DNA of 64,000 bases from Akkermansia muciniphila (lineage in GTDB: Bacteria; Verrucomicrobiota; Verrucomicrobiia; Limisphaerales; UBA9464): assembly GCA_945893185.1 (NCBI GenBank), contig CAMDDW010000003.1, positions 43,119 through 107,118 on the forward strand, written 5' to 3'. How positions within the stretch are numbered: position 1 is the first letter of the stretch; the number at the start of each line of letters is the position of its first letter. Of this stretch, positions 8,899 through 17,474 are shown one piece after another. The position numbers and the translations under genes were made by a program. The notes beneath the pieces are model-generated. The model made no database searches, was not told the DNA's origin, and was given only the letters and a program-made list of their open reading frames with translations.

Positions 8899-9222
8899 TC
8901 ACTTAATGTCCTCAAAGACTCTGCAGCAGCCATAAACTGCAAACACGATGAAAAGCCCGATGAGCGTCAAACCCAGAAAGCCCATGACTCTGTCCAAAAT
9001 CGGTCGCGGCTTCAAAGTCTGTGGGGGGTGAACGTCTGCCACCACTATTGTCTGAAAATCGAAACCTGCCTCACTGCCAATCGTAGCCTGCCCCTTCTCC
9101 AGCGCCTCATCAATCTTGCCTCGTAGATACACCAGCCCGTCGCGACTCGCCGTGAACGACTCCGACGGGTCGCCAAATCTGTCATAGGCTGTTCCCCAAG
9201 CTGGTGGGATGTCTTTCTTCAT
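8899..9222 (-). CDS. Hypothetical protein with C-terminal TM helix (cassette gene)
   Basis: ORF bounded by attC sites. Confidence 0.7.
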   Translation of the reverse strand: MKKDIPPAWGTAYDRFGDPSESFTASRDGLVYLRGKIDEALEKGQATIGSEAGFDFQTIVVADVHPPQTLKPRPILDRVMGFLGLTLIGLFIVFAVYGCCRVFEDIK

Positions 9223-9236
9223 GCGCGTGCGAAGTC

Positions 9237-9309
9237 GCCTAACGCTTGAACTAAGTGGCCACATCAATCGCGAAGCGATTGATTGGTCCGCTTGAGTGAA
9301 CTATTAGGC
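9237..9309 (-). other. attC site
   Basis: Minus strand GCCTAAT...ATCAATCGCTTCGCGATTGAT...GTTAGGC, 73 bp. Confidence 0.85.
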
Positions 9310-9315
9310 CACATG

Positions 9316-9660
9316 TCAGAGCGCATCACACAAGCTCTCCAATCCCTCGGCTCGAAATCGAGCGAGAATTTCTGGGTCAGTGCCGCAGTAGCGGATAGCT
9401 GCGATGCACGAACATCGTGCTGCCTCTATAACAAGAGCAAGCTCGTCTGCCGTCTCTGGTTGCTTCTCGACGCGACAATGCGTCGGGCACGTTTCTCCGC
9501 ACCTGCGCTGAAGCGTTTCCTGACTCCACGTGATATTGGCTGGCGCCAACTCCGGTGGCAGCGCGCAAAGGAGACACTGGTCCTTGATGACGTAAAATGG
9601 ACCGGGCGCGTTGTCCGGTTCTCGCTCGAACTTCGGGCTAACTAGCGGGTAATCGCGCAT
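9316..9660 (-). CDS. Ferredoxin-like protein (cassette gene)
   Basis: NAPGPFYV...CLLC...AP...KQPET..E...SCIAAI pattern. Confidence 0.65.
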   Translation of the reverse strand: MRDYPLVSPKFEREPDNAPGPFYVIKDQCLLCALPPELAPANITWSQETLQRRCGETCPTHCRVEKQPETADELALVIEAARCSCIAAIRYCGTDPEILARFRAEGLESLCDAL

Positions 9661-9673
9661 AGTGCGTAATGTG

Positions 9674-9799
9674 GCCTAACGACAGAGGTGAGCGACCGCC
9701 GCTGGCCGGGAAGGTGGAGCCCACGAGGCGCTCTCGAACTGCCTCCCAGCCTCGAACGGAGAAGCGGGGCAGCGGTTCGTCTCCACCGACTGGTTCGAT
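9674..9799 (-). other. attC site
   Basis: Minus strand ATCGAAC...GCGGTCGCTCACCTCTGTC-GTTAGGC, 126 bp; ATCGAAC is complementary to the cassette start GTTCGAT. Confidence 0.9.
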
Positions 9800-9807
9800 G
9801 TCTTGTT

Positions 9808-10314
9808 TCAGTGCCATGGCGACTTGGTAGGAGAGCCACTCGAACCGGCGTATCCCCATTCTGATTTCCAACCGCGTAGTCCGCCAATCTCGGTCTCGTG
9901 GAAACCTTGAACCCTTCCGTAGTCGGATGCAACCTCGAACACAACTTTTACCGGCTGCTTGCCCTTGTCACGGAGATGAGCAGCCAGCTCGTCTGAATAC
10001 TCTCCGATGTAGTGGCCAGGAAAATCCACAAACGTCAGAACAACCTCCGACTCCTTCATGCCGTTGGAGGAACTCGGTTTGGTCTCCCACGACATCATGT
10101 ATTCGCGAACCTCCTTCTGATCTATGAATGGCCCGACACCAGTCAGGAACAATGTGAAAAGCACTGTAAAGAGCAGCGCGGAAAAGAGAGTCACGTTCCC
10201 TTTCTTGAATCTTGTATTGGCCAACCAACACACGAGCAATGAAAGGCCAATAAACAAGGGCAGGCCTCCGATAAACAAGAACGGGCGGACGTCGATGTAG
10301 GCGAGGAGCGTCAT
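9808..10314 (-). CDS. Hypothetical membrane protein (first cassette)
   Basis: Two N-terminal TM helices; starts about 19 bp after the core site. Confidence 0.75.
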   Translation of the reverse strand: MTLLAYIDVRPFLFIGGLPLFIGLSLLVCWLANTRFKKGNVTLFSALLFTVLFTLFLTGVGPFIDQKEVREYMMSWETKPSSSNGMKESEVVLTFVDFPGHYIGEYSDELAAHLRDKGKQPVKVVFEVASDYGRVQGFHETEIGGLRGWKSEWGYAGSSGSPTKSPWH

Positions 10315-10326
10315 TTTCCGGTCTTC

Positions 10327-10440
10327 ATCGAACGTTGTTTAGACCGCCTAAACGCAGTCTAATTTTCCCATTTTGACGAAATTATCAATGACCCCGTTGG
10401 CCGGCAACCTGAATCTCTCCTCCCTCATTGATGAGCGAGT
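10327..10440 (-). other. attI-like site + linker, copy B
   Basis: Minus strand TTAGACTGCGTTTAGGCGGTCTAAACAAC-GTTCGAT; compare the class 1 attI1 end CTAAAACAAA-GTT. Confidence 0.7.
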
Positions 10441-10601
10441 CAGGGGTCCGGGAACGATTTCCGAATTTGACTCAGGCGGGTGTCAGCAACTTTCGCCCAA
10501 TGCCTGGGCAAGAGCCTGTTTAGGTTGCGGGTCCCTTTACCGAGTTCTGGGCAAAGGGATCTGGTGCTTCCAAAATCGGAAATCGTTCCCTGACCCCGTT
10601 T
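10441..10601 (+). mobile_element. ~160-bp MITE/REPIN-like element with RAYT-type ends
   Basis: Inverted terminal repeats; interior homologous to 54176-54337 and 57932-58093. Confidence 0.8.
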
Positions 10602-10663
10602 GCGGAGCGCGGTCCGTGGCAATTCGATTCATTCGCTGTAGCGCTGAGCCCGGATCAGCGATT

Positions 10664-10921
10664 TTATTCATAATGGTAGCGAACTTGCGCAACCTTAATG
10701 ACATTATCTTCAACTCTGTAAACCAACCGATGTTCGTCCGTAATTCGACGAGACCAAAATCCACTTAAGACATGCTTTAATGGCTCAGGCTTACCGATGC
10801 CTTCGTAGGGATTGCGAGAAATATCCCTCAGTAAATCATTAACCTTTTTGAGAATCCTCTTATCAAAATTCTGCCAATATACGTAATCTTCAAATCCACG
10901 AGATGAAAACTGAATGTTCAT
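10664..10921 (-). CDS. yoeB: Txe/YoeB toxin
   Basis: GIGKPEPLKHVLSGFWSRRITDEHRLVY. Confidence 0.95.
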   Translation of the reverse strand: MNIQFSSRGFEDYVYWQNFDKRILKKVNDLLRDISRNPYEGIGKPEPLKHVLSGFWSRRITDEHRLVYRVEDNVIKVAQVRYHYE

Positions 10922-11178
10922 TTCATGAGTTCGTCGATGGACTTCGTAATACCACCGCTTCCCTTTAAATCCGAAATTGAATCAAGAAGGCGACGGGCGT
11001 TTGCAGGCGAACGAAGAAGATAAGCAGTCTCCTCAAGTGATTCATAATCCTCAAGCGATATCATCACAACGGCTTGATCGCGATTACGAGTGATGATCAC
11101 TGGATCATGATCCAAGCAAACACGATCCATCGTTGACGCAAGGCTTTCCCGTGCAGCGGTGTAGGTGATCGCTTTCAT
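10918..11178 (-). CDS. yefM: YefM antitoxin
   Basis: ITYTAARESLA...SLEDYESLEETAYLLRSPANARRL. Confidence 0.95.
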   Translation of the reverse strand: MKAITYTAARESLASTMDRVCLDHDPVIITRNRDQAVVMISLEDYESLEETAYLLRSPANARRLLDSISDLKGSGGITKSIDELMK

Positions 11179-11179
11179 A

Positions 11180-11197
11180 TGGACAATAACCTGTACA
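11180..11197 (-). promoter_or_regulatory. YefM-YoeB operator
   Basis: TGTACA-GGTTAT-TGTCCA: two TGTACA-type cores 12 bp apart, as in the E. coli yefM operator. Confidence 0.6.
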
Positions 11198-11221
11198 TGC
11201 CGCCACAAATGTCAAGTTTTC

Positions 11222-11505
11222 TTCCAACGATCGTTGTTGAGGCCACCTAAACGCGGCCTCATTTCCCCGGTTTTCGAACGTCTCAACTCCCCGTTGGGCG
11301 GCCACCTGAATCTCTCCTCCCTCATTGATGAGCGGGTCAGGCCCGGCGTTTGGCAAGTCTCTGAGGCAACCTCCCGACCCGTCAGGCACCGGAGAAACTA
11401 CCAGTTCATTGTGTCAGAGTGGGCACCGATCCAGGTCCCGCTGACAAAAAAGGGGTGAATCTAATTCGGAAATGGTTCCCTGAGCCCGTTTTTGACCCAT
11501 TTTTT
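11222..11505 (-). repeat. attI-like site + linker + MITE-like module, copy C
   Basis: Direct repeat of 5678-5957; minus strand TGAGGCCGCGTTTAGGTGGCCTCAACAAC-G. Confidence 0.8.
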
Positions 11506-11575
11506 GTTTTCCTGGGTTTGGGGATAGTTGCTGGCAGCTCTTGATGGAGATCTCCGGGTGGCTACGCTTCGGTTC

Positions 11576-13522
11576 ATGATCCCGAACAGAGTTCCTTCAC
11601 GGTATTCTGTTCCAAGGCGATCTGAGGGACCCACGGCCGGTGCCCTGGCATCGAAGGCCCGCAAGGCCCGATGGACGGAAGGGCTTCTCGCAGTGGTGCT
11701 TGTGGCATCGGTGGTGTCGGTCCGATTCCAATCCAGGCGGGTGGATGGAGCGAACTCTGGTTCGGCCACCCAAGAATCCAAGGTGGACGATTCGAGCGCC
11801 ACCGAACGAAACCAATCTCCGGTGTCCGTCGAATCGGGTTTGGGCACCGAACAGGTCCTTCGGCGGCTCGCGGCCATCGAGTCGATGACACAGGATCCCG
11901 AGGAGCGAGTCCGGCTCATCAAGGAGTTGATCCGAAGCGCCGATCTCAAAGCCTCCGGTTGTGGAGCCGCCTTCTGGGATTTCGCCCTCAGCAAACTGAC
12001 GCCCGAAACAGGCTTGGAGGCCGTCCTGGATACCCTGGGTCGATCGTGGGGCACCGCCGACCGATCCGCAGCCTGGGCCTTCCTGATGAACCCCGAACGC
12101 ACGTCGGTCGATCCTCATGACAATTTGGGTGGCTCCCAATTCGCGGCGCTGAAGGGGCTGCTTTTGGAATGGATGAGTTCGGACCTACCGGGAGCGCTTG
12201 AGCAGGCCCGATCGGTGGCGCAACCGGTGCATCGGATGAGATTACTGATCAATCTCTATATCCAATGGTTGGCGAGCGCACCGGAAGACGCTTTGGCAGG
12301 ATTCTCCACTGAAACCTTCGAAGATGGAGTGGGAGGGCTCAAAACCTGGATCCTCTTCATGGTGCTTGTCGAAGAGAAGCACCCATCGCTCGTGCCGAAA
12401 CTGTTGGATTCAATTCCGCGCGAGGTGTGGACCCATGCCGGTGATACGGAAGAGGGGTCCCGTGAGTTGGATTGGATCTCCCATCGGCCGCGACTGGGGG
12501 CGGCCATCCTCGAGCGACTGCCTGAGCCCATCGCTCGTCCTCTGGTGAGTTCGCTCGTGCGTAGTTGGACGTACGCCGAGCCGCTGGCGGCCCTGGACTG
12601 GTTGTTGGATCATTCGAAGTTGGAGGCGACGGAGCCTCGGGTCCTGGACAACCTGTTCGAACGCTTGGCTCATGTGGACCCGAAGTCTGCAGTCCACCGG
12701 TTCGAGCGGATATCCGCCGAGATCCAAAGCCAATGGGCTCCAACCCTCACGGCCGAATGGGCCGCCCAAGATCCCAGAGCAGCAATGGACTGGGCTCAAG
12801 CGAGATGGCAGCAGGGCCGAGGGATTGAACCTCTCCTCCGAGGGACCGAGGCTTGGGTGAAAACCGATCCCGCCGCAGCCGCAGCGTTCCTCCAAGAGAT
12901 CCTGCCCATAATCACCCAAGCCTCAGAGCGACTCGAACTGGCCCAACTCTGGGTCACCGCCGACCCGTCGGCCGCGTTGGATACCTTCCGTACCCTGGCT
13001 CCAGCTGAGACCCTAAATGCCCGGCTCAACCAAGCCTTGCCGACGGCTGCGGCGGCCGACCCTCTGGCTGCTGCCAGCGCCGCCCTGATGATCAGCGACC
13101 CGGTTGTCCGCGGACAAACCGTGGCCAAGGTGGGATTCCAATGGGGCTCTCGCCGTCCGGAAGAAGCCATAGACTGGGCTGCTTCACTGCCGAAAGGCGG
13201 CGAGCAATCGATGGCGATCCGCAACATCTACCGGGCTTGGGGCATCAACCAGTTCGAGAGTGCGACCGCGTCGCTGGGGCGACTCGAACCCGCCCTGCGA
13301 GTTCAGGCGCTGATCGGTATCATCCATGAGCGCATGAACAACTCACCCAGCGCCGCCGCCAGCCTGGGGCTGCGGGTCAACGATTCCCAGACCCGTGCCG
13401 AGTTGCTCGACTCGGTCTTCCACCGCTGGGGGCGTTCCAATCCGGTCGAGGCCTCCGCGTGGCTGCAGAAGTCAGCCCTCCCTCAGGCCCTTCAAACCCA
13501 ACTCAAAGCACGGATTTCTTAG
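11576..13522 (+). CDS. Hypothetical membrane-anchored helical-repeat protein
   Basis: N-terminal TM segment and recurring W...DPxAAxxW repeats, common in Verrucomicrobia. Confidence 0.7.
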   Translation: MIPNRVPSRYSVPRRSEGPTAGALASKARKARWTEGLLAVVLVASVVSVRFQSRRVDGANSGSATQESKVDDSSATERNQSPVSVESGLGTEQVLRRLAAIESMTQDPEERVRLIKELIRSADLKASGCGAAFWDFALSKLTPETGLEAVLDTLGRSWGTADRSAAWAFLMNPERTSVDPHDNLGGSQFAALKGLLLEWMSSDLPGALEQARSVAQPVHRMRLLINLYIQWLASAPEDALAGFSTETFEDGVGGLKTWILFMVLVEEKHPSLVPKLLDSIPREVWTHAGDTEEGSRELDWISHRPRLGAAILERLPEPIARPLVSSLVRSWTYAEPLAALDWLLDHSKLEATEPRVLDNLFERLAHVDPKSAVHRFERISAEIQSQWAPTLTAEWAAQDPRAAMDWAQARWQQGRGIEPLLRGTEAWVKTDPAAAAAFLQEILPIITQASERLELAQLWVTADPSAALDTFRTLAPAETLNARLNQALPTAAAADPLAAASAALMISDPVVRGQTVAKVGFQWGSRRPEEAIDWAASLPKGGEQSMAIRNIYRAWGINQFESATASLGRLEPALRVQALIGIIHERMNNSPSAAASLGLRVNDSQTRAELLDSVFHRWGRSNPVEASAWLQKSALPQALQTQLKARIS

Positions 13523-13796
13523 AGCCTGTCTGAAAATGGGGAGGGGTTCTGTTTGGGAGAGAAGGGTTCGATTGGCAAGGCGCGCGGAGGAAGCAGACCC
13601 GCAGCGGTCTGTGACCGACAAGCAACGCCGCCAGCGGGCCCTTCCCTCCCAAACCCTCCGGGCGGCGGGGCTTTCCGGCTTGGACTGCGTTGGTTCGGGC
13701 GGAACAGACCGCAGAAGGTCTGCCCCGCCGCTCACCGCCTTGCCCAACCCAGAATTCCCCAGCCGCAGAACCCCTCCCCATTTTCAGACAGGCTCT
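13521..13796. mobile_element. 276-bp MITE with perfect 31-bp terminal inverted repeats
   Basis: AGAGCCTGTCTGAAAATGGGGAGGGGTTCTG (13521-13551) and its reverse complement (13766-13796); no credible gene inside. Confidence 0.85.
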
Positions 13797-13861
13797 TGGC
13801 ATCCCTGGGTCAGTGGTTGAGAGAATGCTCCGAACTGAAGCAGTGGAAAGCATAGGGTCTG

Positions 13862-14035
13862 TCATGCCTGAAGCTCGCACCTGACGATTGGATCCCTGTT
13901 AGCGGCCGGGAGAGCGGTGTCGCCGATGAGATTGGATGCTGGGCAGACAACCGTCTTGTCGTACTGCCTCCACACAGGCGCAGTCGGCTCGTCGGCGAAA
14001 TAGGCGAGCCACGCCGATGAATCCACCACGTTCAT
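13862..14035 (-). pseudogene. vapC: Truncated PIN/VapC toxin
   Basis: MNVVDSSAWLAYFADEP start, then similarity is lost; stops after 57 aa. Confidence 0.7.
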
Positions 14036-14238
14036 ACTCGGTCGCCCTCGCGAACAAATGAAGTATCGATGCCTTTGAGATAACCACGCAACGCTCGCAC
14101 ATCCCGAATGGGGATGACCTCAATGCGATTGCGGAAGGCCAATACGCGTGCTTTTTCTCCAGAGCGAAGTCCCATGGACTCCCTGATCCGCTGAGGGATG
14201 ACGATTTGGAACCTTGGCGAAATGGTCACAGTTTCCAT
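14032..14238 (-). CDS. AbrB/MazE-family antitoxin
   Basis: METVTISPRFQIVIPQRIRESMGL. Confidence 0.9.
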   Translation of the reverse strand: METVTISPRFQIVIPQRIRESMGLRSGEKARVLAFRNRIEVIPIRDVRALRGYLKGIDTSFVREGDRV

Positions 14239-14382
14239 GCGTTTTACGGTATGGCGATCGATGCGTAAATTAAGCCGTACTTCTGCCGAACTCGAGTTGT
14301 GGCGCGCGACTCAACGCCTCCCCCCGCTGGTCCGCCACCCAAATCCTTCCAGACTCCGATAGAGAGTCTGATAGTTCCCGGC

Positions 14383-14797
14383 GGCAGCGGGATCGGGCCG
14401 GAGCGAGCATTGGAACGTCGACACCCTGATCCCCCCTCGCGCGACAGCGCGAAAGCTCCTCCTGTCCCAACGTTCCCTGCGAGCGCAGGACTGATTCCGC
14501 GGAGCCCCCACCCGCGACCCAACTCCATCGCCAGACCGGCACCGCACCCCCCACCCAAAAACCTCAACCCATCAACAAAGCGTAAACCCAAGCGTCAGAT
14601 CCCAAAAGACCGACAGGTAGCCACCCACCACGCACGCACCGGTGGCAGCGGGATCGGGCCGGAGCGAGCATTGGAACGTCGACACCCTGATCCCCCCTCG
14701 CGCGACAGCGCGAAAGCTCCTCCTGTCCCAACGTTCCCTGCGAGCGCAGGACCGATCCCGCGGAGCCACACCCGCGACTCAGCCCCCATCGCCAGAC
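14383..14797. repeat. Two ~125-155-bp direct repeats with internal imperfect inverted symmetry
   Basis: GGCAGCGGGATCGGGCCGGAGCG...CCGATCCCGC at 14383 and 14644. Confidence 0.85.
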
Positions 14798-14884
14798 CAA
14801 CAACACAGCCACACACCCAAAACTCACCCGACCACCCGCTTTAACCCATGACGCGTCCGAACCGCTTCGGGTACTCTGCCGAAA

Positions 14885-17455
14885 GTGATCCCCCGAGTCC
14901 TGACCCAGTTCCTTGCAGGCATCCCCGCCATCGTGCGGACCCTCGCGATCGTGCTGGCCCTCGGCTCGGACTACGCCCGAGTCCACGCTGCCGTCCGGCC
15001 GCCCGACAACGCCCGCGACCATTGGGCCTTCCAGCCCGTGCGTCCCGTCACGATCCCCGACACCGGCACCCCCGGATCGGCTCAGAATCCCATTGACCGC
15101 TTCCTCCTCGCCCAGCTCGAAACCGCTGCAATCCACCCCGCCCCGCCGGCCGACCCGCGCACCCTCATCCGCCGCCTCAGCCTCGATCTCACCGGCCTTC
15201 CCCCCGAACCCGCCGACGTCGACCGCTTCATCACCGACACCGCCCAAGACCGCACCGGCGCGACCGACCGACTCATCGACCGCCTGCTCAACTCCCCCCG
15301 GTACGGCGAACGCTGGGGACGACACTGGCTCGACGTCGCCCGCTACTCCGACACCAAGGGCTACGTCTACGGACGCGAAGAACCCCGCTTTGTTCACGCA
15401 CCCGCCTACCGCGACTGGGTCATCAATGCCCTCAACACCGACCTGCCCTACGACCGATTCCTCCTGCTCCAACTCGCCGCCGACCAGATCGTTCCCGCCC
15501 ACTCCCCCGACCTCGCCGCCTTGGGGTTCGTCACCGGCGGCCGCCGCTTCCTCGGCGTCACCCACGACATCATCGACGACCGCATCGACGTCATCACCCG
15601 CGGCACCCTGGGACTCACCGTCGCCTGCGCCCGGTGCCACGATCACAAATACGACCCCATCCCAACAGCCGACTACTATTCCCTCTACGGCGTGCTCCGG
15701 GGCAATGACGACCAACTGGTTACCTTCAACGAACCGCAAGATTCTCAACTCGCCACCCTCCGAAAGAAATTCAGCGATCAGATGCGCCTGCGCCGTTCCG
15801 AGGCCAACGCCCGACTGCGCGAACGGGCCGGCGACTACCTCGCAGCCCAATTGAACCTCAAGGACTACCCCGAGGAAGGCTTCGACCAACTCCTCTCCCC
15901 CAGAGACATCATCCCCATGTCGGTGCGCCGTTGGCGGGATTTCCTGAACGTGTCGGCCACCCCCGACCACCCGATCTTCGGACCCTGGAGGATCCTCATC
16001 GCAGACCTGCATCACCTGCCCGACGCCGCCTGGCCGTCCGCGGCCGCCCGGGCGCTCGCCGCCTCCCGCCACCTCGCACAGAGCTGGAACCCACGGGTGG
16101 CTACGGCCTTTGCCCAAGCGCCGACCTCCCGGACCGAGGTCCCCCGGCGCTACGGCGATCTCTTCACCCGGGTGGACAACGACTGGAAGGCTCTGATAGA
16201 GGCCTCAAAAAAGGCTACAAAATCGATCGATCCACAGGCCGGTACTCCCGCCCCGACCGCCCCGATCGCCCTGCCCGATCCCCACGCCGAAACCCTGCGG
16301 CAATTCCTCCACGCCGCCTCATCGCCCACCACCGTTCCCGACACCGGCATGGTGAACACCGAGTTCTTCTACCCGACCGATATCACCGTCGAACTCTGGC
16401 AACTCCAGGGTGCGGTAGACCGACGGCTCATCGCCCTCGGTGTCCAAGCCGCACTCGTGCTCGTCGATCGCCCCCCGGAACCACAGCCCGTGGTGTTCCG
16501 CCGCGGTAGCCCCTCGCAGCCGGGGCCCGAGGCCCCACGCCGCTTTCTCGAAGTACTGACTGGTCCCGACCGCCGCCCATTCCAGAAGGGCAACGGCCGC
16601 CTCGAACTCGCCCGAGCCATCGCCTCGCCCGACAACCCGCTCACCGCCCGCGTCCTGGTCAACCGCGTCTGGCAACACCACTTCGGCACCGGCCTGGTCA
16701 AGACCCCCAGCGACTTTGGCCTGCGCGCCGAAGCTCCGAGCCATCCCGAGCTGCTCGACTGGCTGGCCCTGCGCTTCGTCGAATCGGGCTGGAGCCTCAA
16801 GGCACTCCACCGACTCATCGTCTCCAGCGCCGCGTACCAATCGGCTTCCCAGGGACACGATGGGCGCAGTGCGGACGAACGGAACCGAATCCAGAAACTC
16901 GATCCCGAGAACCGCTGGCTCGCGCAGTTCCCGCTGCGCCGATTGGAATTCGAACAACTGCGCGACGCCCTGCTCACCGCCTCCGGCCGACTGGATCCCC
17001 GGATGGCCGGTCCGGCCGTAGGTCTTCTCGAACCCAATAACCACCGACGCTCTGTCTACGGTTTCGTGGACCGACAATTCCTCCCCGGTGTGCTGCGCAC
17101 CTTCGACTTCGCTAACCCAGATTTGCATGTGGCCGTCCGGCACGAAACCACCGTGCCGCAGCAAGGGCTCTATTTCCTCAACGGTACCTTTGCCGCCAAT
17201 CAGGCTCGGTCGCTGGCCAAGTCCGGATCCGCACTGTCTCCCACAGCCCGCATCCACGACTTGCACCGACGCCTTTTCCAACGAGCCGCCCGACCCACTG
17301 AAATCACTGACGGACTCCGATTCGTGGCCGCCGCCGAAACCGCGCCCGACCGACCTGTCCTGCCGCCGATCGGCCCACCCGAGCCACGACTGAGCCCTTG
17401 GGAACAGTACGCCCACGTGCTCCTCCTCACCAACGAGTTCGCCTTCGCCGATTGA
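14885..17455 (+). CDS. DUF1549/DUF1553 (PSD1-type) protein
   Basis: HWAFQP, NPIDRF, YGERWGRHWLDVARY, CARCHDHKYDP, NPLTARVLVNRVWQHHFG. Confidence 0.92.
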   Translation: MIPRVLTQFLAGIPAIVRTLAIVLALGSDYARVHAAVRPPDNARDHWAFQPVRPVTIPDTGTPGSAQNPIDRFLLAQLETAAIHPAPPADPRTLIRRLSLDLTGLPPEPADVDRFITDTAQDRTGATDRLIDRLLNSPRYGERWGRHWLDVARYSDTKGYVYGREEPRFVHAPAYRDWVINALNTDLPYDRFLLLQLAADQIVPAHSPDLAALGFVTGGRRFLGVTHDIIDDRIDVITRGTLGLTVACARCHDHKYDPIPTADYYSLYGVLRGNDDQLVTFNEPQDSQLATLRKKFSDQMRLRRSEANARLRERAGDYLAAQLNLKDYPEEGFDQLLSPRDIIPMSVRRWRDFLNVSATPDHPIFGPWRILIADLHHLPDAAWPSAAARALAASRHLAQSWNPRVATAFAQAPTSRTEVPRRYGDLFTRVDNDWKALIEASKKATKSIDPQAGTPAPTAPIALPDPHAETLRQFLHAASSPTTVPDTGMVNTEFFYPTDITVELWQLQGAVDRRLIALGVQAALVLVDRPPEPQPVVFRRGSPSQPGPEAPRRFLEVLTGPDRRPFQKGNGRLELARAIASPDNPLTARVLVNRVWQHHFGTGLVKTPSDFGLRAEAPSHPELLDWLALRFVESGWSLKALHRLIVSSAAYQSASQGHDGRSADERNRIQKLDPENRWLAQFPLRRLEFEQLRDALLTASGRLDPRMAGPAVGLLEPNNHRRSVYGFVDRQFLPGVLRTFDFANPDLHVAVRHETTVPQQGLYFLNGTFAANQARSLAKSGSALSPTARIHDLHRRLFQRAARPTEITDGLRFVAAAETAPDRPVLPPIGPPEPRLSPWEQYAHVLLLTNEFAFAD

Positions 17456-17474
17456 ACGACCTGCTCCTCCTACC

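Noticed and set aside
11290-11458. Linker ORF (NLSSLIDERVR...) as a decayed intI N-terminus
   Set aside because: Only vague similarity, no integrase motifs, and most of the frame lies inside a MITE-like interior.
3685-11505. ~30-bp repeats read as a CRISPR array
   Set aside because: The copies are dispersed, in both orientations and irregularly spaced, with no cas genes.
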